Of a DNA stretch of 44,249 nt, positions 28,613-38,901 are shown piece after piece. The stretch is from Verrucomicrobiota bacterium (lineage in GTDB: Bacteria > Verrucomicrobiota > Verrucomicrobiia > Limisphaerales > CANJSG01). Where the stretch lies: assembly GCA_038209745.1 (NCBI GenBank), contig JBBQXJ010000036.1, positions 1 through 44,249 on the forward strand, read 5' to 3'. Under the pieces are notes generated by a model. It did no database searches and was not told where the DNA came from. It was given only the letters and a program-made list of their open reading frames with translations. How positions within the stretch are numbered: the stretch's first letter is position 1; each line of letters opens with the position of its first letter. Made by a program: the position numbers and the translations under genes.

Positions 28613-29986
28613 TCAGAGCTTCCAGACGACCAGGCCCCGCACGACAGTCGCCACTGCGCGACCCTTCATCGGCCATTGGTGGAACGGCGAGTTCTTCGAT
28701 TTGCTCAACGATTCGAACCGGTCGTAGGTCCATTCGTCCGTCGGATCGATCACCGTGACATCCCCATCGGCGCCGACGGACAGGTGGCCCTTCGACGTCA
28801 GACGCAGGAGCTTCGCCGGGTTGACGGTGAACTTCTCGATCATTTGCCCGAGCGAAAGGTAGCCCCCATGCACGAGCTGCATCAGCGACAGCGGCAGCTC
28901 GGTTTCCAGGCCCGTGATACCGAACGGCGCGGAGTCGAACTCCACTTCTTTCTGGAAGTCGCAGTGTGGAGCATGGTCGCTGGACAGGATCTCCAAGGTG
29001 CCGTCCGCGACTCCCTCCAGCACCGCCTGTCGGTCGGCCGCGGAACGGAGCGGGGGGTTCATCTTGAAGTTCGTGTCATACATCGGCCAGGCAACCGGTG
29101 TCCGGCCCTTCCAGTCCACCAGCCCCTTGCCATCGCCGGCCCAGAAACGTTCGCTGCCGGCGATGGCCATGTCCGTCAAAGTGAAATGGTGCGGGCAGGC
29201 TTCGCCGGAGATCGGCACCCCGCGCTTCTTCGCCTCGCGGATCAGCTGGATGCTGGCCGCGCTGCTCATGTGCTGGCAGTGGACGTGGCAGCCCGTCGCC
29301 TCGGCCATGATGATGTTCCGCGCCACGATCATGTCCTCGCCGGTCGAGGGCCACCCGGGCAGGCCCAGCACCGTGCTCCAGTAGCCCTCGTGCATCACGC
29401 CGTCGGCCACGATGGAATAGTCCTGGCAATGGTCCATGACCGGCAGGTCGAACATCCGCGCGTAGTCCAGGGCGCGTCGCATCAGATCGTTGTTCTGGAT
29501 GCAATGGCCGTCGTCGGTGATGGCGACGACACCCGCCTTTTTCAACGAACCGATCGGTGCAAGCTCCTCGCCGGCGATGGCCTTGGTGATGGCGCCCGTC
29601 ACGAAGACGTTCACGACCGCATCGCATTCCGCCTTGTCCTGGATCAACGCCACCGTGCTCGTGCTGTCGATCGCGGGCGATGTGTTCGGCATGCAGACCA
29701 CGGAGGTGAATCCGCCGCGCGCAGCGGCCGCTGTTCCTGCGGCGATGGTTTCCTTGGCGGACTGCCCCGGCTCGCGCAGATGGACGTGCAGGTCGATCAG
29801 GCCCGGGCAGACCACCTTGCCGGCGGCGTCGAGGATCGAAGTCCCCGGCGGCACCTGGCTGGCGAGGTGCTGGCCGACGGCCGCCACCTTGCCATCGCGG
29901 ATCCAGACGTCGGCGACGGAATCAAGATGGTTCGCGGGATCGATGACGCGCCCACCGGTGATGAGCAACGAAGCGGACGAATGCAT
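28613..29986 (-). CDS. pyrC: Dihydroorotase (multifunctional-complex type)
   Basis: PGLIDLHVHLREPG, MPNTSP, KMNPPLR, SDHAPH, APFGITGLET. Confidence 0.92.
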   Translation of the reverse strand: MHSSASLLITGGRVIDPANHLDSVADVWIRDGKVAAVGQHLASQVPPGTSILDAAGKVVCPGLIDLHVHLREPGQSAKETIAAGTAAAARGGFTSVVCMPNTSPAIDSTSTVALIQDKAECDAVVNVFVTGAITKAIAGEELAPIGSLKKAGVVAITDDGHCIQNNDLMRRALDYARMFDLPVMDHCQDYSIVADGVMHEGYWSTVLGLPGWPSTGEDMIVARNIIMAEATGCHVHCQHMSSAASIQLIREAKKRGVPISGEACPHHFTLTDMAIAGSERFWAGDGKGLVDWKGRTPVAWPMYDTNFKMNPPLRSAADRQAVLEGVADGTLEILSSDHAPHCDFQKEVEFDSAPFGITGLETELPLSLMQLVHGGYLSLGQMIEKFTVNPAKLLRLTSKGHLSVGADGDVTVIDPTDEWTYDRFESLSKSKNSPFHQWPMKGRAVATVVRGLVVWKL

Positions 29987-30012
29987 GGCCGGTGACGCTA
30001 CAAGGAGGATGT

Positions 30013-30041
30013 TTGACAAGGCAAGAGCGCCCCGGTATTCC
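30013..30041 (+). promoter_or_regulatory. Sigma70-type promoter for tRNA-Gly
   Basis: TTGACA-N17-TATTCC ending 16 nt upstream of the tRNA. Confidence 0.65.
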
Positions 30042-30057
30042 ATGCCTCCACTTCAGT

Positions 30058-30131
30058 GCGGGTGTAGCTCAATGGTAGAGCTCCAGTCTTCCAAACTGGC
30101 CACGAGGGTTCGATTCCCTTCACCCGCTCCA
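30058..30131 (+). tRNA. tRNA-Gly (TCC)
   Basis: GCGGGTG/CACCCGC acceptor stem, anticodon arm CCAGT-CTTCCAA-ACTGG, GGTTCGATTCC T arm, encoded CCA. Confidence 0.97.
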
Positions 30132-30446
30132 ACCTCCCGCTCAACGACTTACGAGTAAAATCACCTTTAGGGTCAACAACCCCGCGGAAATGTCGGTCCG
30201 TGTTCAAGGGGTGTTCATTGTGTTCAGCATCGAACTACCCGATTGATTTTCGGCTCTTCTTTTCGGGTGTCGGTGGGGGCTTTCTCCGGCCGATCTGCTC
30301 AAGGAATTGGAGACTTGATGCTGCGACCCATTCCAAGTTCAGGCTGCGGCCGAAGACGGCGGACTCCGGTGCCGTGACCCGCTGAAAAGTGCGTGCCCGC
30401 GAAGTCGCTTTGAAGCAACCCGAAGGCACCGTGAAAATGGGTTCGG

Positions 30447-31331
30447 CTAGAGCGGTAGGGTGGTGCGACAGGACGGAAAGCCGGAACAGCCCCAGAACTC
30501 GCCGCCGGCACCGGGTCCGTTCTTCGCGGTCTTCTTGAGCATTGTTCTCTCGCACTTGGGACACCGCTTGTCGGGATTCGTAAGGCACGATTGCAGCGCG
30601 GGGTCGTAGGGCAGATCCAGGGAGCGGAGCATCGCCATGAGTTCCTTTTCCTCGATCAGACGGATCTGGTTGCGGGCGGCCAGCGCTTTGGCGTCCGGCG
30701 TGAAGCCGTTGAGGGTCACCAAAATTCCCACCTTGAAGCCGAGATCGGTCATGGCACCGCACAGTTCCCGGACCTGGCGCACGCCGACATCGCGGGTCCG
30801 CCAGTGCTTGCACTGGACGGCCAGAGGATCGCCGTCCTTTTGAATGACGAGATCGACACCCCCGTCGGGATTCGCGCCGCCGCGACGTTCGACCGTGTAG
30901 CCTTTCCGGGCATAGACGGTTTCCATCAGCACCTCGAATTGGAACCAGTCCAGGGCCCGAAGCTTGTCCTCCCAGTGGTCGGAAGAGGCACGGATATTCG
31001 ACCCGCTTCCGGGCAACGCCCGTTCGGTGGGCTCTGGGAAGCTGGAGCGGGCTTCTCTGTTTTTCGCGATCAGTGGAAGCGGGTGGATCTGGTCGGAAGC
31101 CGGGCCCGGCGAGAGTGGCCGCAGCCGGCGTTTGTAGCGGAGGAAAAGGACCACCCCCAAGACGACGACGGCCAGACCGAACAGGCAGAAGGCTCCATAG
31201 AAGACGAACAAAGCGATGGCGTTCATCCGCTCCGTAAGTCCAGTCGTGCCGCCCGCCAGAGCGGCTAAGATGATCAATCCTCCGATCGGCTTGGCCAGTG
31301 ATTCGATGTCGTTGCCCCGTCTTCTCCTCAT
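30447..31331 (-). CDS. Membrane-anchored Mrr-like restriction endonuclease with C-terminal topoisomerase-type C4 zinc ribbon
   Basis: Two N-terminal hydrophobic helices; FQFE, DGGVD and AVQCKHW (Mrr_cat); CPKC...FWGCSGFPSC. Start could be 31367. Confidence 0.85.
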   Translation of the reverse strand: MRRRRGNDIESLAKPIGGLIILAALAGGTTGLTERMNAIALFVFYGAFCLFGLAVVVLGVVLFLRYKRRLRPLSPGPASDQIHPLPLIAKNREARSSFPEPTERALPGSGSNIRASSDHWEDKLRALDWFQFEVLMETVYARKGYTVERRGGANPDGGVDLVIQKDGDPLAVQCKHWRTRDVGVRQVRELCGAMTDLGFKVGILVTLNGFTPDAKALAARNQIRLIEEKELMAMLRSLDLPYDPALQSCLTNPDKRCPKCERTMLKKTAKNGPGAGGEFWGCSGFPSCRTTLPL

Positions 31332-31574
31332 AGTGAAGGTGCGGGGAACAGCCCGAACCTCTCCCATACATCGGCCGACAAGCCCATCGGACTTTAGGAT
31401 AGAAGATTCATTTGATCGGCAGCGTTGATCGTCGCGTTCCGGGGAAAGGCGTGGGTCTCCCCGGGTTCACTTCGATCATCGCCGGTGTCGCAGCCCTTCG
31501 GTGCAGGTTTACGGAGCGGTCTCGCCAAGATCGTTCAAGGGGAGATTCCGATGGGCCGAAGGGATCGGAAGGAT

Positions 31575-32405
31575 ATGGCGTATTTTCCCTCCAGGTGGTT
31601 CCGGGCGGCGGTTGTTTTCGCAGCTGTGATTTCGCTTGTGCTGATCGATGGCCAAGCGTGGGCCCAAACCTCGCGCCTCCCGTCGTTGGCCGAGACCAAG
31701 AAGAAGGCCGAGGCCGGGGACGCGCAGGCGCAGTTCGAGCTGGGACGCAGTTTCGTCGGGACCTTCGATAGTGGATCCGCCGCCCAATGGTATCTCCGCG
31801 CGGCTTCACAGGGTCATGTCGCGGCGCAGGGCGAGTTGGGTGGGATGCTGCTCAATGGAAAACCCCGGTTAGTCGGAATTGGAAGCGGCGTGGCGAAGAA
31901 CGAGGGAGACGCCGTGGTCTGGCTGGCAAAGGCGGCCAACGGAGGAAGTGTCGGTGCCATGCATCTGCTGGCCCGTTGTTGCTTGAACGGGACCGGAGTC
32001 AAGATTGACCGGGTTGAAGCCTACAAGTGGCTGAAGCTGGCGACTGACCGCTCCAGCATCGTGGCAAAAGTGGAGCTCGATAGTCTGATCCTGAAGCTTT
32101 CCTCGGAAGAAATCGCTCAGGGCCAGAGGCGGGCCGACCAGTTCCGGATCCAAGACCCGAAGCCTCGGACGTCGGCGGAGAGTTCCGGGTTAATCTCTGA
32201 TCATCTCGTTCTCAAAGGCATCATGGGCTCCTTCAGCAAGCGTCTGGCCTTGATCAACAGCCGGACGTTCGAGGCCGGGGAAACCGCCCTGGTAAAGACC
32301 ACAGCAGGAGACGTTGAAGTCCGGTGCCTCGAAATCGGGGAAGGCTTTGTCCGGATCAAGGTTGGAACAAACGCCGAACAAGTCCTTCGGCTCCCTGCCC
32401 ATTAG
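31575..32405 (+). CDS. Exported SEL1-repeat protein with C-terminal beta domain
   Basis: Signal peptide; AEAGDAQAQFELG, WYLRAASQGH, WLAKAANGG and EAYKWLKLA repeats. Start uncertain. Confidence 0.82.
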   Translation: MAYFPSRWFRAAVVFAAVISLVLIDGQAWAQTSRLPSLAETKKKAEAGDAQAQFELGRSFVGTFDSGSAAQWYLRAASQGHVAAQGELGGMLLNGKPRLVGIGSGVAKNEGDAVVWLAKAANGGSVGAMHLLARCCLNGTGVKIDRVEAYKWLKLATDRSSIVAKVELDSLILKLSSEEIAQGQRRADQFRIQDPKPRTSAESSGLISDHLVLKGIMGSFSKRLALINSRTFEAGETALVKTTAGDVEVRCLEIGEGFVRIKVGTNAEQVLRLPAH

Positions 32406-32479
32406 AGTGTGGCGGGTTTCCGCCTCGTGTGATTCCGGCCCTGTCCGAGGAGAGATCTTTTTCCGGCTCGCGCGCCGAC

Positions 32480-34153
32480 TTAATGGCCCTCTTTAAGTTC
32501 CGCAGTTCCGCTGCCGTCCGTGGGCCGGGCCAGAATCATCCGGGACACCACCGGCGCTTGTGGACCGACGTGGAAGGCGAAGACCCGGTCGCGGATGGCG
32601 TGGTCGGCGACGGTGAACCGTTCGACCTGGCGCTGGCGGTCGAGCCATGATTCCACGACGTAGGTCTCCACATACCGTGCCGGATCGAACGGATCATGGT
32701 ACAAGGCCCAACGCACGGCTCCGTCGCGACGTCGGACCCGGCCCAGTTCGTGGGCCGCTTCGACGAATTCCGTTCCGCGCGGGGGATCGATCCGGAAGGT
32801 CACCGAGATCAGCACCGGGCCGGCTTCAGGATTGGGTTCGATTATCACCTGCGGGGCCGCGCGGCCGAGCGAGCTGGCCAGTCGCGCCGGCGAATGGTCC
32901 TGATCGGCGAAGGCCATCAGCGGAAAGCGCCGCGCGATGGGCAGACCGAGGATCAGCCCTGCGGCCGCCGCGCTGAAGGCGATGTGCGTGTTGCTGTGTT
33001 CCGCGACCGCGCCCCAGACCGCGCTGCCGAGGGCCATGCCGCCTTGAAACACCATCTGATAGATCCCCAGCGACCGCGCCTGCACCCACGCCGGCACCGA
33101 CAACTGCACCGCGATGTTCAGGCAGGAAGTCGTGGTCGTCCACGCGACGCCACCCACGAAGAGCGCGACGATGATCGGGCCCAACCGGTGCCACCACCCC
33201 ACCACCAGCAACACCGAGGCAAAGACCACGCCGCTGGCGGTCACGATGGTGTCGGCGGACCAACGGCGACGAAAATACGGCAAGGCCAGCGCCCCCGTGA
33301 CCGCGCCCGCGCCGATGCAGCCGTTGAGGATGCCGTAGCCCATCGCGCCGTTTTTCAGGTTTTCACGGGCCACCACCGCGAGCAGCGCCCACATGCTGCT
33401 CACGCAGAAGGTTTGCAGGAAGGCCCGCACGAGGATCGACCGGAGCGCCGGGGCGAACCGCGTGTATCTCAGTCCGGCCCGCATGGAACCGACGAGCCGC
33501 TCTGCCGGCAGGGCACTGGTGAAGAGCGGTGTTCGTTTCCAGCGGAAGACCACCACCACGACAGCCACGAACGAAAGGGCGTTGATCAGGAAGACCACGC
33601 CGGCACCCAGCATGACCGAGGCGAACGCCGCCACGATCAAACCACCGGCGGCTGGTCCGACCGCCCGGGCGATGTTGAACGCGGCGCTGTTCAGCGAGAT
33701 GGCTTCCGGCAGTTCCTTGCGCGGCACCAGCTCCGGCACAATGGCCTGCCACGTCGGGCCGTTCATCGCCGATCCCGCGCTCAGCAGGAAGGTCAGCAGA
33801 AGGAGCGAGCCCACCCCGATCCATCCGGAGAAGGTCAACAGGCTCAGGATGACGGCTGCGGCCAGCATCCATCCGGCCCAAAAGAGCAGCAGCCGTCTGC
33901 GATCCAGAATGTCCGCCGTGGCCCCGGCTGGCAGACCGAACAGGAGCACCGGCAGGCTCGCCGCCGTCTGCATGAGGGCGATGAGAAAGGGGGACGTCGT
34001 GAGCGTGGTCATCAACCACGTGCCGGCCGTGTCCTGCATCCAGCTGCCCGTGTTCGAGACGACCGAGGCGATCAGCCTGCTTCGAAACAGAGGGCGACGA
34101 AGGGGCGACCAGACGCTGGTCGCGGCACCGGATGGACTGGGATCGCTCTTCAA
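32480..34153 (-). CDS. MFS transporter (MFS_3/DUF894 type) with C-terminal soluble extension
   Basis: 12-TM pattern, [30 protein letters not shown]-terminal RRRDGAVRW domain. Confidence 0.9.
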   Translation of the reverse strand: MKSDPSPSGAATSVWSPLRRPLFRSRLIASVVSNTGSWMQDTAGTWLMTTLTTSPFLIALMQTAASLPVLLFGLPAGATADILDRRRLLLFWAGWMLAAAVILSLLTFSGWIGVGSLLLLTFLLSAGSAMNGPTWQAIVPELVPRKELPEAISLNSAAFNIARAVGPAAGGLIVAAFASVMLGAGVVFLINALSFVAVVVVVFRWKRTPLFTSALPAERLVGSMRAGLRYTRFAPALRSILVRAFLQTFCVSSMWALLAVVARENLKNGAMGYGILNGCIGAGAVTGALALPYFRRRWSADTIVTASGVVFASVLLVVGWWHRLGPIIVALFVGGVAWTTTTSCLNIAVQLSVPAWVQARSLGIYQMVFQGGMALGSAVWGAVAEHSNTHIAFSAAAAGLILGLPIARRFPLMAFADQDHSPARLASSLGRAAPQVIIEPNPEAGPVLISVTFRIDPPRGTEFVEAAHELGRVRRRDGAVRWALYHDPFDPARYVETYVVESWLDRQRQVERFTVADHAIRDRVFAFHVGPQAPVVSRMILARPTDGSGTAELKEGH

Positions 34154-34530
34154 CGGCGACCACGCTATCCGGGGTCATCTCGGGAGAATATCGAAATCAG
34201 ACTGCAAGGGCTCGCGCGGTCAAAGATTGCCAGCCGCCCCGGTCTTGGTTTCGTTTGGGCGGACCGAATGCCCGGCCGAGGAATCCGATCTCCAGAGCCG
34301 GGATACGCCCCTGCAATGAAGGGATTTGCCCCTCCTGTCGTGCTCCGCAGAGTGCAGAGATTCTGACTGGGAACTGAACGGGAGACGACTGATGCCAACT
34401 CGGCCCTAAAAGCCCGCGCTGCCTGCTGCCCGGATGGACTGGAAGTCGTAAATAGGTAAACTTACCCAATAGAGCGCTCTTTCTACAAGGTGGACACTTT
34501 CGACGAGAATTGTCCGTTCTTGGGACGGAT

Positions 34531-34560
34531 TTGACAGTTTTTAATATCATTTGTCTTAAT
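34531..34560 (+). promoter_or_regulatory. Possible promoter of the secretion operon in an AT-rich spacer
   Basis: TTGACA at 34531 with a weak TG-n-CTTAAT at 34552-34560; the spacer is visibly AT-richer than the flanking genes. Confidence 0.3.
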
Positions 34561-34711
34561 GTCCTGATACCTCGTTTCAACCGGTTTGCAACAGACCTTT
34601 GATTTGGGCGCAGCAAGTCCGGATTCACGCGCTGCAATGTGACGAAATCGTGCTTGAAGATTATCTGCTCGAGGTCTTTGAAGACAAAGGTCTCTTCTTC
34701 AACAAAATCCT

Positions 34712-36211
34712 ATGAAACCGTTTCCCGGACGATTGTGGACAGTGCTGTTGGCCGGTAGCCTTGGATGTGCATCAATTCTGGAAGCGGCCGATTCGCCGAC
34801 CGCGGCCGGCAAGGCGGAGATGACGGTCCCGCAGGTTCTCGAAGAGGTTCTTCGTTCCAATCTTCGCCTCAGATCGCAGGCTTTGGAGCAGAGCATCGCC
34901 AAGGACCAGCTTCGAGGCGAGTGGGCCATCTTCGAGCCCGACTTTGTGGCTGGTGTGACCGATGAGGCTAATACCCGGCAGAACACCCGGGAGAGGTTCC
35001 TGAGTCAGGCGACGACCCTGTTCGACGAAAAAAACCAGATCTACTCGGCCGGCTTCGAAGGGCTTCTTCCGACCGGTGGACGTCTGAAAATCAGCGGCCA
35101 GAACCGCCGCCTGAAGAACAATCTCCAATTGACCGGCCAACGGGAAAGCGAGTCGTTTTCGGCCGTAACCCTGACGCAACCTTTGTTGAAGGGGGCGGGC
35201 TGGGGCACGACCGCCGCGCAGATCAAGCTGGCCTCGGCCCAGTCACGGATCGTGCTGCAGGAATACCGGCGGCAACTGATGCTCGTCCTGTCGCAGTCTG
35301 AATTGGCCTACTGGGACCTGGTCGCGGCTCGCGATCTGGCCGGCCTCCGTGCCTCCTCGGCCGACATGGCCAAGCGGGTTCTGACCGACAACAAGGCGCG
35401 GGTGGAAGCCGGGAAGATGACGGAGATCGAGGTCCTCCAGGCTGAATCCGGCGTGGCCGTGCGGGGGGCTGGCGTGACCGACGCGAAGCAACGGGTCGAG
35501 TCCGCTCTTTCCCAGTTGAACTCGTTCTTCGGGCGGACAACGGGCGACGCGGTCGTGCCGGCCGAGAAGCTGGATCCGAAGCCCATCGTGCAGGATCGTT
35601 CCGGGGCGTTGGAGCTGGCCTTTCGCAACCATCCAATTTACGTAAGCCAGTTGGAGAAATCCCGGCAGGACGACATCCGGCTTTCCTATGCCAAGAACCA
35701 GCGCTGGCCCCAGTTGGACCTGAAGGCCAGCTATGGTTTGAACGGGCTCGGAAGCGTGTGGGACGATTCCTGGTCGTTTGTCGGCTCAAGCGACTTTCCT
35801 TCGTGGTATGTCGGCTTCGAGCTGCGCATTCCATTGACCGGAGGTCAAAAGGCCCGCAGCCAGACCTCGGTGGCCCGCAGCCGCAGGGAACAGGGTCTGC
35901 TGGAGATCAAGGCCATCGAGGTCGAGCTGATCAACTCCGTCGCCTCCATCTTGACGAAGGTCTCGACGGCCGAGGAAAAGGCCAAGAGCTTCCAGGGCGT
36001 CGTGGCCCTCAACCAACGACTGTTGGACACCGAACTGAGCCGGCTCGACGGCGGCAAGAGCGACTCGCGAAAAGTTCTCCAGGCGGAGCAGGACCTGGCG
36101 GACGCCCGTGTGTCCGAACTGGAGGCCCGGCTCGATTGGAAGCGGGCCGAGGTCGAACTTCTGGTCCAGACGGGAACTTATCTGGATCAGCACGGCTTCG
36201 AGCTACACTGA
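34712..36211 (+). CDS. TolC-family outer membrane channel
   Basis: Signal peptide, two OEP-like halves (LTQPLLKG, AYWDL, KNQRWPQLDL, ELRIPL). Confidence 0.9.
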   Translation: MKPFPGRLWTVLLAGSLGCASILEAADSPTAAGKAEMTVPQVLEEVLRSNLRLRSQALEQSIAKDQLRGEWAIFEPDFVAGVTDEANTRQNTRERFLSQATTLFDEKNQIYSAGFEGLLPTGGRLKISGQNRRLKNNLQLTGQRESESFSAVTLTQPLLKGAGWGTTAAQIKLASAQSRIVLQEYRRQLMLVLSQSELAYWDLVAARDLAGLRASSADMAKRVLTDNKARVEAGKMTEIEVLQAESGVAVRGAGVTDAKQRVESALSQLNSFFGRTTGDAVVPAEKLDPKPIVQDRSGALELAFRNHPIYVSQLEKSRQDDIRLSYAKNQRWPQLDLKASYGLNGLGSVWDDSWSFVGSSDFPSWYVGFELRIPLTGGQKARSQTSVARSRREQGLLEIKAIEVELINSVASILTKVSTAEEKAKSFQGVVALNQRLLDTELSRLDGGKSDSRKVLQAEQDLADARVSELEARLDWKRAEVELLVQTGTYLDQHGFELH

Positions 36212-36222
36212 CCACGCCGGCC

Positions 36223-37047
36223 ATGAAGCGTTTTCATTTTTCGGCCGCGTCGAACTTCCGGCTGACGACTGGACTTCTTCTGCTGGTCGCGATGGCTTGC
36301 GAAGCAGCCGAAGTGGCCGGCTTTCTTCAACCGGTCCGCGAGGAAGTGCTTAGTTCGGGCGTGTTGGGACGGGTAGCGGAGATCCATTTCAAGGACGGTG
36401 CCCAGGTCGAAGAAGGCGCCGTCATCCTCGAACTCGACAAGCGATCCGAGGAGATCGAGGCGGCCCGGCGCAAGATCGTCTGGGAAGCCAAGTCCGAGCT
36501 CGAGGCGGCCGTCGCGCGGCGCGACACGATCCAGCACGACTACGATTCTTCCAAGAAGCTCGCCGAAACCACCCGGTCCGTGAGCGGGGAAGAACTGGCG
36601 AAGAAGGCCCTCGAACTCCGGGTCGCGAACGCCGAGGTGGAGCAGGGGGAGAAACGCGAGGACATCGAGAAGCTTGAATACGAGTTCGCCGTCGAACAGG
36701 TCCGTCGGCGGGAGATCCGGGCGCCCCACGCCGGCCAGATCGTAGAAGTGTTGCCCAAAGTCGGCGAAGTCTGTGAGCCCCGGCAGCCGCTGGTGAGGTT
36801 GGTGGACGTTTCCCAGTGCCATTTCATCGCGAACCTGGACGCGGCCCAGAGCTTCCGGTTGAAGGTGGGCCAGAAGCTTCCGGTGGATGTGACCGCTTCC
36901 GGTGGAACCGTGAAGGTGGAAGGGGTGGTGGAATTCATTTCGCCGGTGATCGATGCGGCGAGCGGCCTGCGGCGGATCAAGCTCCTGATCGACAACCGGG
37001 ACGGCCGGCTCGTTCCGGGGGCCCCGGCGGTGCTCAACCTCGATTGA
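36223..37047 (+). CDS. Periplasmic adaptor / membrane fusion protein (HlyD/RND-MFP family)
   Basis: Lipoyl halves GRVAEIHFKDGAQV and IRAPHAGQI around a coiled hairpin; FISPVIDAASG; start ATG 36223. Confidence 0.87.
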   Translation: MKRFHFSAASNFRLTTGLLLLVAMACEAAEVAGFLQPVREEVLSSGVLGRVAEIHFKDGAQVEEGAVILELDKRSEEIEAARRKIVWEAKSELEAAVARRDTIQHDYDSSKKLAETTRSVSGEELAKKALELRVANAEVEQGEKREDIEKLEYEFAVEQVRRREIRAPHAGQIVEVLPKVGEVCEPRQPLVRLVDVSQCHFIANLDAAQSFRLKVGQKLPVDVTASGGTVKVEGVVEFISPVIDAASGLRRIKLLIDNRDGRLVPGAPAVLNLD

Positions 37048-37062
37048 ACAGCCTCCATCGCC

Positions 37063-38886
37063 ATGCTCGCGCCCGAAGAAGCCGCCTCCCCGACGCCGAC
37101 CGCGCTGCAGAAGCTGGCCAGATTCGACGGACCGTCTCGCGAATTCTGGCCCCTGTTTCTTGAAGCCTCGCTCACGTTGACCGGTGCGGCGCGGGCCTCG
37201 CTGCATCTCCGCAATCCGGCCTCCGGTTGGCAGCGGTTTGTCGTCCAATCCGACGCCGCCGCGCCGCGCAGCCGGGAATGGCCCTGGCCCGAGGCGGCCC
37301 TACTCGATTCAGCCGAAGCCCTTGGTTGGGCGGAGGAGTCTTCCCCCGCCGCTGGTTCTCCAGCGTTCGTTGGCTTTCGTGTTGCCGCCGGTGAGGACGG
37401 GAGCCACGCGGTGGTTGCGCTTGCCTTCGGAAAGGCGCCGTCCACCGCAACTTTTCGCCCGGCGCTCGGAGTCCTTTCCGAATGGCCCGCCCAGTATCTC
37501 GCCGTGCGGCGGGCCGCAGTGGTCCGTGAAGAAAATGCCCGGCTGGTCACCGCCCTTGATCTGGGTCTTCTGGTGCAACGCGAGGAGAGATTTCTCGCCG
37601 CCGGAATGGTGCTCTGCAACGAACTCGCGGCGGGCCTTCATTGCGACCGCGTCGCGTTGGGCTGGCTGACGGATGACCAGATCGTCCACCTGAAGGCAAT
37701 CAGCCAAGCGGAGAAGTTCGAGCGAAAGGCCGACATTGTCCGGCGGTTGGAACTGGCGATGGAAGAGGCGATCGACGAAGGGCGGGACGTCGTTTATCCG
37801 GCACCGGACGATCCCGCTCCGTTGCGGGACCACGCGGCCTATTCGCGGGAATCCGGCGCGGACTGCCTTTGCTCCCTGCCGTTGTGCGTCGGGGAACACG
37901 CGGTGGGCACGCTTTTGGCGGAACGACGTGAAAGCCCCTTCAAACCGGATGATGTGCGCCGGCTTAGACTGGCCTGCGACCAGGTGACGCGGCGTCTGGC
38001 GGTCCTGGAGGAGAAGGACCATTGGTTCGGCCGCAGAGTGGTCCGATGGATCCGGCGGGAGGCGGAAACGTTCCTCCTTCCGAAGCGCACGGGCCGGAAG
38101 CTGGCCGGTGCGGTCGGGGCGCTGGCCGTGCTGTTTCTTTTGTTTGGACGGCTGCCGTATCGTGTCGAGGCGCCGGTGGCCTTGCGAAGCGAACAAGTGG
38201 CGTTTGTGACCGCGCCATTCGACGGCTATGTGCAGGATGTGGCCGCGCAAGTGGGCGACGAGGTCGTCTCGAACTCCGTCCTCGTCCGTTTCGACACCCG
38301 CGAGCTGCTCCTCCAGCAGTCCAGCGCGCTGGCCAACGTGATCCGCCACCAGCAGGAAGCGGAGAAGGCCCGCGCCTCCGGGGATCTGGCCGAGATGCGG
38401 ATCGCCCAAGCGCAGGTCGACCAGGCGAAGGCTTCTTTGGAACAGACCGGCTACCATCTTGGCCGCGCCGAGATCCGCGCGCCGTTCGCATCCGTCGTCG
38501 TCGAGGGTGATCTCCGGAAAAAGATCGGTTCGCCGTTTCGGCAGGGCGAAGTGCTCTTCCAGGTCGCGCGGCTCGACGTCCTTTATGTGGAACTGGAGGT
38601 GGCCGAACGCGACGTGCATGAAATCCTCGACGCCAAGTCGGCCACCATCTCGTTGGCCAGTGCCCCCGGAAACTCCCTGTCCGTGGCCATCGAGCGGGTC
38701 CACCCCTCGGTGCAGTCCCGGCCGTCCGGCGGAGTCTTCCTCGTGCGCGCCCGTTTGCCAGCGGAAGCCGAGGGTTGGTTGCGGCCCGGCATGACCGGAG
38801 TGGGTCGGATCTCCGTCGGCTGGAGGAATCCGCTCTGGATCTGGACCCACCGGACCTTCGACTGGTTCCGGCTGCATCTCTTCTAA
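37063..38886 (+). CDS. GAF-like domain + TM + HlyD-family membrane fusion protein
   Basis: Cytoplasmic GAF-like region (CDRVALG...SLPL...VGTLLAER...F), one TM, then APFDGYV, IRAPFASVV and LRPGMTG MFP motifs. Confidence 0.82.
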   Translation: MLAPEEAASPTPTALQKLARFDGPSREFWPLFLEASLTLTGAARASLHLRNPASGWQRFVVQSDAAAPRSREWPWPEAALLDSAEALGWAEESSPAAGSPAFVGFRVAAGEDGSHAVVALAFGKAPSTATFRPALGVLSEWPAQYLAVRRAAVVREENARLVTALDLGLLVQREERFLAAGMVLCNELAAGLHCDRVALGWLTDDQIVHLKAISQAEKFERKADIVRRLELAMEEAIDEGRDVVYPAPDDPAPLRDHAAYSRESGADCLCSLPLCVGEHAVGTLLAERRESPFKPDDVRRLRLACDQVTRRLAVLEEKDHWFGRRVVRWIRREAETFLLPKRTGRKLAGAVGALAVLFLLFGRLPYRVEAPVALRSEQVAFVTAPFDGYVQDVAAQVGDEVVSNSVLVRFDTRELLLQQSSALANVIRHQQEAEKARASGDLAEMRIAQAQVDQAKASLEQTGYHLGRAEIRAPFASVVVEGDLRKKIGSPFRQGEVLFQVARLDVLYVELEVAERDVHEILDAKSATISLASAPGNSLSVAIERVHPSVQSRPSGGVFLVRARLPAEAEGWLRPGMTGVGRISVGWRNPLWIWTHRTFDWFRLHLF

Positions 38887-38901
38887 GTCGGCCGTTCGGT
38901 C

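Noticed and set aside
30235..30446. Possible integrase or other gene remnant after the tRNA
   Set aside because: No convincing catalytic motif in the frames examined.
35758..36222. Extension of the MFP ORF
   Set aside because: Lies within tolC; ATG 36223 gives a signal-like N-terminus.
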